From Octopus vulgaris (Eukaryota), in assembly GCA_951406725.2 (NCBI GenBank), contig OX597840.1, positions 1,054,001 to 1,118,000 of the forward strand: a stretch of DNA of 64,000 bases. Reading direction: 5' to 3'. Both the position numbers and the translations under genes were made by a program. The notes beneath the pieces are model-generated. The model did no database searches, was not told where the DNA came from, and saw nothing but the letters and a program-made list of their open reading frames with translations. Shown here piece by piece: positions 1 through 14,250 of the stretch (position 1 is the stretch's first letter; every line of letters begins with the position of its first letter).

Positions 1-59
<59 letters not shown>

Positions 60-719
60 CACACACATATGTATGTATCTATGTATGTATGTATCGTTAT
101 TTTATTATAGATAAATGCATAAATTAATTATCGACTAATCATCCTCTGGATGGCTAATGACTTGTGACGTTGAATGCATTTGAAGCGAAAGAGATCTTTG
201 CATCGACGACCTCACTCTCTCGACCGTGACGATCTGCAATTCAGTACCAAGACCAGGTCAAGAGGACCGAGGATTAAGACAGATGTTTTACTTACCTCAT
301 CTTGCTCTCATCAAACTACAATTCGTTGCTGCAACCGCCCTTCCGTCCGCTGAACCACGAAATTTTCTTCAGCAGAGTTCGGCAGTTGCAGAATTTCAAT
401 GCAGATTTAGGGAAGCCTTAAAATGTTACTTAACATAGAGCTGAGAATTTAACAGGCGATGCTTCTGGGGATCAGAATAGACGTGGGAACAATAGTGGTT
501 AATTACTGGGCTGCATTCCTTAAAAATCTTCCGAAGAAAGGCCCATCAACGGGTGCAGTTAGGTCATACTCAGAACATCGACAGACAAGTAGGCAGATAG
601 ACTGAATGAGAAATATATACTCAGGGTTTTTGTTTAGCTTAATGAGCCAAAGCGCTCAGAGAGAACTTGACAGGTGCGAAGTTCGATTCCTTGTGGAGAG
701 TTTCTCGCCACTTTCACTT

Positions 720-1784
720 TAAACATACACGGGTCAAACAAGGACAGATAAAGGGATTAAATCGCTTACATCGACCCCCATGCGTATCTGGTACTTAATT
801 TATCGACACCGAAAGATATGAAAGGCAAAGTTGACCTCAGCAGAATTTGAACTCAGAACGTGACGGCAGGTAAAATACCTATTTCTTTACTAAACAGACA
901 GGAGACAAACAAGGACAGAGACAAGGATTAAGTCAATTACATCGACCCCAGTGCGTAACTGGTACTTAATTTATCGATACCGAAAGGATGAAAGGCAAAG
1001 TCGACCTCGGCGGAATTTGAACTCAGAACGTAGCGGCAGACGAAATACGGCTACGCATTTCGCCCGTCGTGCTAACGTTTCTGCCAGCTCGCCGCCTTTT
1101 GTAAAGATAGAGGAAATACCTATTTCTTTACTACTTACAAGGGGCTAAGCACAGAGAGGACAAACAAGGACAGACAAACAAATTAAGTCGATTACATCGA
1201 CTCCAGTGCGTAACTGGTACTTATTTAATCGACCCCGAAAGGATGAAAGGCACATTTGACACCGGCGGAATTTGAACTCAGAACGTAACACAGACGAAAT
1301 ACCCATTTCTTTATTACCCACAAGGGGCTAAACATAGAAGGGACAAACAAGGACAGACATAGGTATTAAGTCGATTACATCGACCCCTGTGCATAACTGG
1401 TACTTAATTTATCGACCCCGAAAGGATGAAAGGCAAAGTCGACCTCGGCGGAATTTGAACTCACAACGTAACGGCAGACGAAATACCGCTAAGCATTTCG
1501 CCCGGCGTGCTAACGTTTCTGCCAGCTCGCCGCCTTTCGGCAGACGAGATACCTATCTCTTTATTACCCACAAGGGGCTAAAGACAGAGGGGATAAACAA
1601 GGACAGACATAGGTATTAAGTCGATTACATCGACCCCAGTGCGTAACTGGTACTTAATTTATCGACCCCGGAAGGATGAAAGGCAAAGTTGACCACGGCG
1701 GAATTTGAACCCAGGACGTAACGGCAGACGAAATACCACTAAGCATTTCGCCCGGCGTGCTAACGTTTCTGCCAGCTCGCCGCC
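720..1784 (-). mobile_element. Tandem/nested array of tRNA-derived SINEs with MESC/Meta-type central domain (SINE family 1)
   Basis: Repeated ~190-bp units with GAGTTCAAATTCC (B box) and GGTCGACTTTGCCTTTCATCCTTTCGGGGTCGATAAATTAAGTACCAG on the minus strand; 5' heads GGCGGCGAGCTGGCAGAAACG end near 1097, 1535 and 1784. Confidence 0.85.
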
Positions 1785-2319
1785 CTATTGTTTTATTGTT
1801 TGGTAAACTTTTGTGCAAACGTAGATATAAACTAATGAACTGCCACAGAAACTTTTCTCGTACGATCACCCCTTTTAGTTTTACTAAGATTTTTTTTTCA
1901 ACCACCTCTTGCAACGATGCAACGCCTCCTAACAAAATCTATTAAATAACAAATACATAATGGATATGTATGTATATATATATACACACGTACATGTGTA
2001 TGGAATGTTTATTTTTAAAATTAAAAATTAATCTCTATTTAAAAACAGATTAACATAGATCTAACAGAAGATGTGAAAAGGATTATATTTATGTTTATAA
2101 CTTTAAAGATATTTGTAGATGATTTTTAATTAAAAATAAAATGTTGCACGATTATGGTTACTGTATGAAGAAAATCGTTTTAATTACACACACACACATA
2201 TATATATACTTAAAAAAAACAGACGCATATACATACGTATTCATATACGAATATACATAGACATGTGTATGTTCTACACCAGACGTCCATATACACACAT
2301 ATACGTATGTGTGTGTATG

Positions 2320-2462
2320 AAGGTGCATGGTTTAGTGGTTAGGAATATTCGGCTTACGGTCGTTAGGCTGTGGTTTCGATTCCTGTTTGCGCGCTGGGTC
2401 CTTAAGGAAAACACTTTATTTCACATCGCTCCTGTCCGATGAGCTGGCAAAATTGAGTTGAA
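2320..2462 (+). mobile_element. tRNA-derived SINE 5' part (family 4), degenerate
   Basis: A-box-like TGGTTTAGTGG, B-box-like GTTTCGATTCC, then CACTTTATTTCAC...GAGCTGGCAAAA; related minus-strand pieces at ~7370-7530 and ~60770-61010. Confidence 0.6.
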
Positions 2463-2465
2463 AGG

Positions 2466-3225
2466 GTTTAGTAGCATTTCGTCTGCCGTTACGTTCTGAG
2501 TTCAAATTCCCCCGAGGTCGACTTTGCCTTTCATCCTTTAGAGGTCGATAAATTAAGTACCAGTTACGCACTGGGGTCGATGTATTCGGCTTACTCCGTT
2601 TGTTTTTCCTTGTTTGTCCCCTCTGTGTTTACCCGCTTGTGGGCAATAAAGAAATATGTATTTCGTCTGCCGCTACGTTCTGAGTTGAAATTCCGCTGAG
2701 GTCGACTTTGCCTTTCATCTTTTTAGGGTCGATAAATTAAGTACCAGTTACGCACTGGTGTCGATGTAATCGACTTAACCCGTCTGTCCTTGTTTGTCCT
2801 GTCTATGTTTAGCCCCTTGTGGGCAATAAAGAAATAAGAAACGTTAGCACGCCGGGCGAAATGCTTAGCGGTATTTCGTCTGCGTTACGTTGTGAGTTCA
2901 AATTCCGCCGAGGTCGACTTTGCCTTTCATCCTTTCGGGGTCGATAAATTAAGTACCAGTTACACACTGGGGTCGATGTAATCGACTTCATACCTATGCC
3001 TGTCCTTGTTTGTTCCCTCTGTGTTTAGCCCCTTGTGGACAGTAAAGAAATAGGTATTTCGTCTGTCTTTACGTTTTCAGTTCAAATTCCACCGAAGTCG
3101 ACTTTGTCTTTCATCCTTTCGGGGTCGATAAATTAATTACCGTTTGCGTACTGGGGTCAATCTAATCGACTGCCCCCTACCCCAAAATTTCGTATCAAAT
3201 TTTGTATCAAGAGTAGAAAAGATTA
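2466..3225 (+). mobile_element. Four tandem SINE family 1 units
   Basis: Same MESC/Meta-type core repeated near 2500, 2680, 2895 and 3075. Confidence 0.85.
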
Positions 3226-3229
3226 AATT

Positions 3230-3925
3230 GGTTCCAAATTTTGGCAGAAGGACTGCATTTTCGGGGAAGGGTGCAACTTGATTACATCGAAGCCGCAGTT
3301 CCCATGTTATGTATTATATCGACCCTGAAAAGATAAATAAGAGCGTAGACCTTGGTGGAATTAGAACTAAGAAATATAAAGACGGATGAAATACCGCTAA
3401 ACATTTTATCTGGGGTGCAACCATTCTGGAAGCTCGTTGTCTTAATAATAATGCTTTCTACTGAAAGGACAAGACCTAAAATTTGGTAGGAGAGATCTTG
3501 TCAATTACATCTCTGACTTAATGATAATAACGTGGATTTAAAATTTTGACAGAAAGCCAGCAATTTCAGAGTGGTTAATTCGGTTATATCGAATCCAGTA
3601 CTCAAGCGGTACTTAATTTATCGAACCTCGAACGATGAAATGCAAAGTCAACCTCGGCGCGATTTGAACTCAGAACGTGAAGACAGACGAAATACCGCTA
3701 AGCATTTGGCCCGGAATGCTAACAATTCTGCTACCTTGCAGCTTTCGCTAATAATATTAATATTGCAAGTTCGTCTGCCTTTAGTTCAAATTCCGCCGAG
3801 GTCGCTATTGCCTCTAATTATTTCAGGGTCGATAAATTAAATTCCAATTGCATACTGATGTCGACCTAATCGACTAGCTCCCTACCCTCAAATGTCGGTC
3901 CCCGTGCCAAGATTAGAAAACAATA
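3230..3925. mobile_element. Three older degenerate SINE family 1 copies (-, -, +)
   Basis: Diverged cores at 3230-3445 (-), 3535-3750 (-) and 3770-3925 (+). Confidence 0.7.
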
Positions 3926-3993
3926 TTAAATTTGCAAGAGATACAAAACAAAATATTGTCTCTCACACACACAATCTCACATCTCTCTCTGTC

Positions 3994-4056
<63 letters not shown>

Positions 4057-4071
4057 GTCTATCTATTTATT

Positions 4072-4136
<65 letters not shown>

Positions 4137-4500
4137 ACGTAATAATTTAATAAAAATGCTATACACATCATATATGGAACTCGGCAATAAATGGAAACAC
4201 AAACACACAAAATACTCTAACACACAGACACACACACGCACATACAAACACGCATACACTTATGTGTACACATTCTATAATACGCAAAATTTCAAAAGTA
4301 AATACTTCAGATATAGAAGAAACAACGGAGATGCACTCAGATCTAACACAAAAAAAAACACGAAAGCAGAAATGAAACAAACCGAAAGAAAAAAAAAAAT
4401 TTATATGAAAAAACGATGCAAGAAAATTTACTACGACAAAGCAACACCATAAATATATACCTATATATATATATATATATATACAAGCTTTTGAAGCAAC

Positions 4501-4502
<2 letters not shown>

Positions 4503-4565
<63 letters not shown>

Positions 4566-4610
4566 TCATAATAAAAAAAAATAATAATAGTAATAATATT
4601 AATAATAATG

Positions 4611-4666
<56 letters not shown>

Positions 4667-4913
4667 CATAATAATAATGATAATAACAATAATAATAATA
4701 ATATTAATAACAATCATAATAAGAAAAATAGTAATAACAATAATAATAATAATAATAATAATAGTAATGATAATAATAATAATAGTAATGATAATAATAA
4801 TAATAATAATAGTAATGATAATAATAATAATAGTAATGATAATAATAATAATAATAATAGTAATAATAATAATAATAATAGTAATAATAATAGTAATGAT
4901 AATAATAATAATA

Positions 4914-4944
<31 letters not shown>

Positions 4945-4990
4945 TAGTAATAATAATAATAATAATAGTAATAATAATAGTAATAATAGA
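4503..4990. repeat. (AAT)n microsatellite, imperfect
   Basis: Directly visible; source of the poly-Ile ORFs. Confidence 0.95.
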
Positions 4991-5352
4991 GATAATGGTA
5001 TTAATAAGTAGGAGACTAGTAAGGATATAAGACTGTAAGAGTGAGCAAAATCTCATAATTTCTATCTTAATCGGTTTATCAGTGTTTTAATAGGAAAGCT
5101 AAATAGTTGAGTATTTAAACTTAAATACTAATTATAATGCGGAGAATTACATTAAAATTAAAGAAAAATATTATGAAACAAAAAAGCGAAAAGAAGATGA
5201 GAAAAAAATTAGCGGAAAATAGACGTTTGAATAGATTGTTTGTCTGGAAACGGTTATTGTGTTATAAAAGTCTTTACATATACGCGGGTATTTTTGTGTC
5301 TTTTCTTGTTTTGTTTATCAATATATGATATATTAATATATAAGTATATATG

Positions 5353-5446
<94 letters not shown>

Positions 5447-5455
5447 TGTGTATAT

Positions 5456-5529
<74 letters not shown>

Positions 5530-5833
5530 TTATATATACACATATATACATATGTACATATATACATATATACATACATGCCCCCAGACATACGTATCTA
5601 TATAAACGTTGATACATGTATATATATATTAAAACGTGTGTACAAGTAAGTGTGTATGTGAGTGTTTGTATGTGTGTGTGTGTGTGTATGCGTTTGTCTG
5701 TTTACGTCTTGAATTTATATTTATCTCTATGCTTATATTAGTAAATAAATATATATATACAATTATATTGTTATATATATGTAATAGCATTAGAAGCCTC
5801 AGCATGTTTTCTTCTCTTACACAAATCTGAAGA

Positions 5834-5889
<56 letters not shown>

Positions 5890-5982
5890 CATATATATGT
5901 ATGTGTACATATACGTTTATATGTATGTCTAGATATGTACATATATATATATATATATATGCATTCATGCAGACATAGATAC

Positions 5983-6035
<53 letters not shown>

Positions 6036-6560
6036 TGTATGCGTAGGAGCAGACACACAGTTATACATAAATGTGTGCGAATATATATCTATATATGTTT
6101 ATATGAGTGTATACTCAGAAGATTGTTTGTTCTATACATATATACTCATAGAGGAGCATGTTTAATATATATTAAGCATATAGATATACGTAATATGAAT
6201 GTTTACATGTATAATGAATTAATATACAATCATACACCTATATATATATATACTTACATTCATACATATATATACACACATATATATATATGTATGTGTA
6301 TTTATATATATATATATATGTATATAAATATATACTTACATACATATATATACACACATATATATGTGTATATATATATATTTCTTTGTGTATTCATTTA
6401 TTCGTGAGTATACATATAAAATATTTTATTCTGTTATATCTTTGAAGAATTTTTAGAAAAATAAAAATCTTTACAATATCTGTGTATATGTAAATAAAGA
6501 ATTAGCATATCAAAGTCAGGGAAGAAGGAATAAAAATCTAATGGAAGGAAACGAATAGTA

Positions 6561-6648
<88 letters not shown>

Positions 6649-7756
6649 TAATAATAATGATGCCAAGAATATTATAGAAACAATTGAACGAATGAATAGA
6701 AGATGGTAATCCTGGCAAATATATAGAAATTAATAAGAAAAACAATGGCATTCTGGGGGAAAAAAATCTGGCTACAATGTTCGTAAGTAAAAATTTTGAC
6801 ATGCGCAGACTTGTGTATGCTCTTTAATATATACGTCATGCACACGCACGCACAAACACGCATTCTTACACATGAACACCCACACAGGTGCATACGCATA
6901 CATACACACGCGTATATATAAATGTAAACTGAAACACGTAAGTACATACGCAGATTATTACACGTACACTTGCTTATACACAAACGCACATACATACACA
7001 GGAATTTACATACATACACACATACACACATACATACATACGTACATACATACATACATACATACATACATACATACATACATACATACACGTACACGCA
7101 TATGCACGCTCAGACAGAAACACGCGGAAACACATACACACATATATGGAAATAGGTGGACTGATATATGCGCAGGCATATGCACACATAGTCACATACA
7201 CACATACACACACACAGACATACAGACACATGCACAGGCGTTCATACGCTTTGAAGAACTATAAATACGCACAAGGACACGAGCACAAGTATACATATAC
7301 ACACAAAAGCACTTACAGACGGGCTGTTCGTCGGTTACGCCGACATATTTTCCAGCTGATTCGATCAACAAGTCAACCAGCTGGTGAAATTGAGGTGCAA
7401 GAGGTTGAGGACCACACAAACACGCGTACGCTCACGTAGATCTCAGGGAGATTAAGAGGAATACAGAATGTGATAAGGCTGGACCTTTGAATTACAGGTA
7501 AGACTCATTTTTGCCAGCTGAGCAGACTTGAATGGAAACAGACGTTAAGAAAGTCTGGTTTTCCATACCGTCTATTGCCATTAATAGCCGACGAGAATGT
7601 ATCGTAGCTCTTCGCTTCGACATTCGAAAATCCGAGTGCTATAATGACAACTTACTCTTTGTTCACAATTATAACACAGAAACATAAAAATTAACAGAAG
7701 GAAAAAAAAATCCTACGCTGTGATTAGTTTTCAGAATATTTATAATATGTGTGTAT

Positions 7757-8231
7757 GTCAGGTCACCTTCGAGTGCTACTGGTAACATGTAACCCAGTAC
7801 AACTTATTGCATGGTCGGGTCGTCGGCGACTAAACCGGCAACCCCACCAAGCTTGCTTGGTGAGGAGGGTGTTTATTGGTTACCCTGCGGGATGAAAAAC
7901 AAAACCCGTCAAAGGGCGGAGGAACTCTTGAGAGTCAACGGCCATCCAATAAATGTCTTAAGACATAGAAATAATCGGACAGAATACCCGATCGGGTGGT
8001 TAAACCATTGGGAGTGAAGGACTCCTAGCCTTTGTTAGGGCATCCTTCTAGGAGAAGATAACTCAGGTAACTGGGATAATTCCGACAGTTCTTCTTTTCG
8101 GATTGTGGCTGCTGTTGCTTAGTGAGAGGGATTGACTCAGTGTAGAGCCTTTCCTCACTTTAAAAATGTCTTCTTGCACAGACATTGCACGATAGCAAGA
8201 TTGATAACGAGGTGGCAGCCACCACGGGTGT

Positions 8232-8232
<1 letters not shown>
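7757..8232 (+). mobile_element. Non-coding, highly structured element resembling an RTE-clade 5'UTR-derived non-autonomous retroposon
   Basis: GC-richer island ending in (GT)n; GGGCATCCTTCTAGGAGAAGATAACTC resembles the RTE 5'UTR motif TCTAGGAGAAGGAAAACTC; many hairpins. Confidence 0.5.
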
Positions 8233-8305
<73 letters not shown>

Positions 8306-9514
8306 GTGTGTGTATATGTGTGAATCCATGTTCATAAATCATCAATTTTATGTTCACGAATCTTTAATCAAGCTTTGGGGTGATTTTTCAGATTTATTGT
8401 TACCTGGCCACGTACTTCCTTACCTACCTCTTTGCCTACCATCCTGCCTACCTACCTACCTACCTACCTACCTACCTACCTACCTACCTACCTACCTACC
8501 TACCTACCTACTTGCCTGCCTGCCTACCTAACATCATAGAATCCCTCTATCTTACCGGCCAAACCAACCCCTTACAAAACGTATTTGAAAGCTACCTACT
8601 TCTTGTATTTATTTAGCATAACTTTCTCTCGCTCTGTCTCTGTCTGTCTGCTTGTTTGTCCGTCTCTAGCTAGCCAGTTATACGTCCATCCAAAACTCAC
8701 TCCACTGCCACTGTTCATCTATTTATCTATCTATCTATATCTATCCATCTATCTATCTATCTATCTCTGCCTATCTATCATTCTGTCTCCTTCTTTCTCG
8801 CCCTCTCTCTTTCACTCTCTGTCTCTTTTCTCTCTCTGCCTCTCTGTCTCTCTGTCTCTTTCTCTCTTTCTCTATCTAATTACCACTAATATACTCTAAA
8901 ACCTCTTTCACTTATGTAGTTATATGTATATATGCAAGCATGCTTGTATGTATGCATGTATGTCAATATATGCATGTACGTGTGCATGTATGTGTGCATG
9001 TGTGTGATGTATTTAAGGCTGTATCTGTGCACCTATGTGAGTGTGCATGCAAGTATGCATATTATGAGAGTGCCTGTATATGCATATACATGTATGGTTC
9101 TGCTCGTTTCTGCCCCCACCCCCATTTCACACAAGAGTAAATATACACTCCGTACACTACAGAAAAATCTAAAAACAAAACAAAGAAAGACAGGGGCGTG
9201 TCCCTTCACCATGTTACCATATTCCCGTTATTGTTCATTGGGAATATAGAAAGAGGGAATCACGTGGAACGAAGAATGGTACAAGGAATTACGTCTTCGT
9301 GGCACTATTCATTAATAAAGAGGCGTTTAGGATGGATACTCCTACACTCTGCAGTGAAAACTGGCATCACCATGACCATCACGGCGATATCAATCGCTGC
9401 CGTCGACACCATTACAACCAGCAACATTAGTTTTATGATCATCATTTTTAAATAAACAACAATCTATATGTATGTATGTGTGTATGTATGTAGGTATGTG
9501 TTTATGTATTTGTC

Positions 9515-9554
<40 letters not shown>

Positions 9555-9747
9555 TACACATAATTTATATAATATATATATATTTGTATGCATGTATGTA
9601 TGCGATATGTATGTGTGCGTGTATGTATATAAATATATATAAAATAAATATATATACAATTATATAAATACATATATTTAATAAATATACATAATATATA
9701 TCTATTTGGGGGGTGAAGGTATATGTGTGTGTGAGTGTGTCGATATG

Positions 9748-9778
<31 letters not shown>

Positions 9779-9919
9779 ACAGAGAGGGAGAAGAGAAAGT
9801 GTCTTACATTGATAGAGGAATAGATATAGATATAGACAGATACACCCCCACTTATGAGTATATATAGACATACATATTATATATATATGTGTATATGTGC
9901 ATCTATATATGTATATATC

Positions 9920-9979
<60 letters not shown>

Positions 9980-10017
9980 TAAATATGTATATATGACTAT
10001 ACATATATATGTATATA

Positions 10018-10118
10018 TTACCCTCTTTCTTCCCTTCTTTCCTGAGCGTCCAATAATACTTTATTTGTTCCACGTCCTTGCGTTGTTGTGTTTTTTTGTT
10101 TTCGTGTTTGGATTAACT
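10018..10118 (+). mobile_element. 3' fragment of HHR element family A (ribozyme absent)
   Basis: CTGAGCGTCCAATAATAC...TTGTTCCACGTCC...TTTGGATTAACT matches the copies at 20.5, 31.2, 57.0 and 58.3 kb. Confidence 0.8.
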
Positions 10119-10405
10119 CTACACATATATATTTGTGCGTCGGTGTGTGTGCGTACGAGTGAGTGGGTGCTGATTAGTTCCTGGTTTGGGGTAAAAAAAT
10201 ATACACATAAATCATTCAATTAGGGTTTTATTGAACATGTTCCACTCCGAGATTCACGCATTTATTCCAGCGGTTCTTCTGCTTTTCCAATCCCTGTACA
10301 AGAAATCAGAATGTTCGGCCTCTCACCAGATATTTCCTGATACCCTGAAAGCAAGAACTTTTCCTACTCCTCTCGTACGTTTGTGTATATGTATGTATGT
10401 ATGTA

Positions 10406-10487
<82 letters not shown>

Positions 10488-10759
10488 CCTATCTATTTAT
10501 CTATATATCTCTCTCTCTCTCACTCTCTCTATATATATATGTACATACATACGCATAAATACATATAGACATATATATCTTTTATCTTTTACTTGTCCGA
10601 GTCATTAGATTGTGGTCATACTGGGGCTCCTTGTAGAACTTATGTAGTTGACTCCAGTACTTATTTTTTCAAATCCTGGTATATATATTCTTTAATTATT
10701 ATATTCTTTAATTTTGCCGAAGCGCTACGTGAAGGGGACGTAAGTACAGCAGTACAATA

Positions 10760-11453
10760 ATGCTGCATTAGAAAGGTCCACCTTCAAGAATAGCATAAAC
10801 TACATTAAACCAAATGTTGGTAGCCTAGAAAGACGCACTTAGAGGAAAATATTATGGTTTAACTCAACTTATAGCATGAATGGAGCCACTAACGTAGCTG
10901 GCAAATTCTTAAAATCAATATACAGTCACTTCCCATATTTAGACAAATACAATAAAATCTTCAACAGAAAGTCTATCAAAGTTATCTATAACTTCCTTCC
11001 CAATGTAGGGTCGGTAATACTAAACCACAATAAAAATAACCGCGCCAAGAATACCCCCGAAAGACACTGTAGCTTTAGATTTCCAAAACCGCCGTCCGCT
11101 AAATAATAACTGCCAAAATCATGGATGCGTACGGAGTAACAAAGGTGTGCAACTCGTTCAAAGACGAAAACAAAGCATGCAACATACCTGTCCCATATAA
11201 TATGACCATTGAAAGAAGGAGCAGTTAGTAAGCCTCAGATAACATGGAGTAATATCACTAAAGCTGCAGTCGGCCAAAACTTCGAATCACTCTCAAGAAT
11301 ATCTTTGCTTAAGAATAATAATACTGTAATCTACAAAAGTATACAGTAACCCATTAGATTAATATAATGTTAGTTTTTGTCCCATGCTTCTCAAAACACT
11401 GGAGCTATCAAACGAGAGCCTAGTTACTGGATCGACTGAAAAATCATATCGAG

Positions 11454-11457
<4 letters not shown>
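10760..11457 (+). pseudogene. Penelope-like element (Naiad-type) remnant: RT-EN linker, decayed GIY-YIG and 3' end
   Basis: RKILWFNSTYSMNGATNVAGKFLKSIYSHFP...KIFNRKSIKVIYNFLPNVGSVILNHNK resembles the WFNPP...KIFNR..KVSYS..N linker; frameshifted afterwards. Confidence 0.8.
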
Positions 11458-11500
<43 letters not shown>

Positions 11501-11513
11501 ATGTATGTATGTA

Positions 11514-11613
<100 letters not shown>

Positions 11614-11614
11614 A

Positions 11615-11656
<42 letters not shown>

Positions 11657-11660
<4 letters not shown>

Positions 11661-11762
11661 CTCGATATGATTTTTTAGTCGATCCAGTAACTAGGCTCTC
11701 GTTTGATAGCTCCAGTGTTTTGAGGAGCGTGGGACTAAAACTAACATTATATTAATCTAATA
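11657..11762 (-). repeat. Inverted copy of the 3' end of the 10.8-11.5 kb PLE
   Basis: Reverse complement of 11352-11457 across a TA tract. Confidence 0.85.
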
Positions 11763-12158
11763 AAAGCAAAGACTGGCAACGGCTCAAAGAGACATGGAAG
11801 GGTCAATGGTTGGTATCTCGTTGAGAGAGCACATAAGTAGCAAGACCATCAGAAAGAGGTCCGGCGTGAGAGATGTCATCGCAGAGTATTCACGCAGCAA
11901 GCATAGATGGGCTGGACACGTCGCCCGGCTCACCGATAATCAGTGGACGCACGCAGTTGTCGAGTGGTACCCGCGTGGCGGAAAAGACCACCCGGAAGAC
12001 CTCCACGACGGTGGAATTACGATTTCAGGAGGACGATTGGGATCACGTGGATGAGAAAGGCGCGATCCAGAGAGGAGAGGACAGCGTGCTGTGACCAGCG
12101 GTGTCAAATAGACGCCTGAAGGGACTGGTCGATCAAAGTGATCAGTGATCAAAGTGAT
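11763..12158 (+). mobile_element. RTE-clade LINE 3' fragment
   Basis: MEGSMVGISLREHISSKTIRKRSGVRDVI...KHRWAGHVARLTDNQWT..VVEWYPR; tail GATCAAAGTGATCAGTGATCAAAGTG. Confidence 0.85.
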
Positions 12159-12173
12159 ATATATATATGTTAG

Positions 12174-12485
12174 GGCGGTGAGCTGGCAGAATCGTTAGCA
12201 CGCCGGGCGAAATGCTTAGCGGTATTTCATTATGCTGTTACGTTATGAGTTCAAATTCCGCCGAAGTCGACTGTGCCTTTCATCCTTTCGGTGTCGATAA
12301 ATTAAATACCAGTTGCATACTGGAGTCGATCTAATCGACTGGCTCCCGAACCAAAAATTTCGGGCGTTGTGCCCAGAGTAGAAACTTCCAGTTACGCATT
12401 GGGTTGATATAATCGACTTAATCCCTTTCTCCTAGTTTGTCTCCTCTATTGTTTAGCCTCCCACTGTGGGCAATAAAGGAATAAA
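12174..12485 (+). mobile_element. SINE family 1, near full length
   Basis: GGCGGTGAGCTGGCAGAATCG head, B box GAGTTCAAATTCC, MESC/Meta-type core. Confidence 0.85.
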
Positions 12486-12783
12486 TACTTATATATATAT
12501 GAATATCTTTCTCTGTCGCCATCTCAGAGAACGTAACAGTGAGACTGAGGGAGAATGAGGGAGAGAGCGAGAGAGTGTCCTTACTGAAGAGACAACGCAA
12601 ATTGCCGTAACTGAATTGAGTATAAGGAACTCTCGTAAGATATTTTCAGATATTTATATTCCCTGGCTCTATATTTGTACACAATTATGTGCGTTGATAC
12701 AGCATTAGAGCATTTTAGCGCTTATTTCTAGCAATGTAGGTTTTTCTAAATCTAGTCACATTTAGTGACAATTACATATATGA

Positions 12784-12840
<57 letters not shown>

Positions 12841-12842
<2 letters not shown>

Positions 12843-13153
12843 TTAGAGTATCTACGAGATACCGCCATGCTGAAAATAACAGCTATGATCTGACTCTAAA
12901 ACCAAATTAAGGGTTCATATAGCACTCGGAGAAAGGACAAAAAGACAAAATAAAACTAGTCTTTTCTCCGTGTACTATATATAGACTTAAGGTAGTTTTA
13001 GAATCAGATCATGACCGCTATTTTCAGCATGGCGGTATCTCGTAGATACCCTAATTTATAATTTTAATAACAATTATTACCTTTGAAGGTTATTATTTCC
13101 ATGCAGGCCACTAGATAAGATCGTTATTGTATTTTAAATTAACGATCTTGTCC

Positions 13154-13156
<3 letters not shown>
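12841..13156. mobile_element. Fold-back short element (GGCCACT group) with ~90-bp inverted arms
   Basis: 12843-12935 is a diverged reverse complement of 12963-13056; GCAGGCCACTAG resembles a motif in the 18.8, 19.0, 19.4 and 62.2 kb elements. Confidence 0.6.
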
Positions 13157-13184
<28 letters not shown>

Positions 13185-13248
13185 AAGCATACAGCCATTC
13201 ACCTATATACACATACAGACGCATACACACATCCACACTCAGTTATAC

Positions 13249-13282
<34 letters not shown>

Positions 13283-13284
<2 letters not shown>

Positions 13285-13513
13285 CGGAGTAAACACATAA
13301 ATGTGAAGCAAGGGGGTAAAAAGAGTACTCAAATACCAGTGGTAGAGTTATATGCTTTATTTAAAGCAGCAGAAAATTCAACAAAACCTGTTACTCTGAG
13401 TTTCACGTTGCCGTTCATCGGACAGTTTTTTCTAGCAAAAACTGTCCGATGAAGGGCAACGTGAAACTCAGAGTAACAGGTTTTGTTGAATTTTCTGCTG
13501 CTTTAAATAAAGT
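13283..13513. mobile_element. HHR element family B: two overlapping copies facing outwards in (TA)n
   Basis: Minus copy 13283-13431 and plus copy 13436-13513; same family at 58519-58668 and fragment at 15739-15784. Confidence 0.85.
13388..13425 (-). ncRNA. Type I hammerhead ribozyme (U4C core variant)
   Basis: CUGU-CCGAUGA-ACG(GCAA)CGU-GAAA-CUC(A)GAG-UA-ACAG; second copy on + at 13442-13479 with one stem II mismatch. Confidence 0.8.
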
Positions 13514-13895
13514 ATATATATATATATGTATGTATGTATATGTGTGTTTTTAAATATGTATGGATATATATCCATCAGTTTGGGAACAAAGAGCTAGCTA
13601 CTTGTTTATCTATCTACCTACCTACGTGCCTATCTATCTACCGACATACCAACCTACATACCTACCTACCTACCTACCTACCTACCTACCTACCTACCTA
13701 CCTACCTACCTACCTACCTACCTACATACATACATACATACCTACCTACCTACCTACCTACCTACATAACTACCTACCTACCTACCTGCCTCTCTCTCTA
13801 TATATATATATATATCTGTGTATCTATCTATCTACCTATATATCTATTTATCTGTCACTATGTATATATATCTCAAATCCAGTTTCTTTCTCCCG

Positions 13896-13930
<35 letters not shown>

Positions 13931-14029
13931 GTCTCTCTCTTATATATAAACATATATATAAACACTCACACACATCAAATCCTATATGTATGGCTGTGCG
14001 AATATTTATGTGAGCGTTATGTATCAATA

Positions 14030-14250
14030 CATTGACCCATTTCTAACTATTGCTGGTCGCCATAGAATTGTCCAGAAGCTCTTTGAATTTCTTCCTTCAT
14101 CTTTCGTGTTTGGAATAAATCTCAAATGTGCAGCGACGTTCTCTAAACAACGGAGTGCCAAAGAGCAGTTATGTCAGAGCAGACAATTTTTTAATGCTTC
14201 TTCTGAGAGCTTACGAATCCGGTCGATTAAATTCTTTGTATGATGTCAAC
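14030..14250 (-). pseudogene. Possible highly decayed PLE reverse transcriptase fragment
   Basis: NLIDRIRKLSEEALKIVCSDITALW...GQFYGDQQ*LEMG loosely resembles the RT motifs DxxxLY and QxxGxxMG; contains stops. Confidence 0.3.

Noticed and set aside
720-3225. CRISPR-like repeat array
   Set aside because: Units are ~190-bp SINE bodies with no unique spacers and no cas genes; eukaryotic context.
12578-12628. Hammerhead TCCTTA-CTGAAGA...GAAT-TGAGTA-TAAGGA
   Set aside because: Stem I and the first core half fit, but GAAA and stems II/III are decayed; not listed as a feature.
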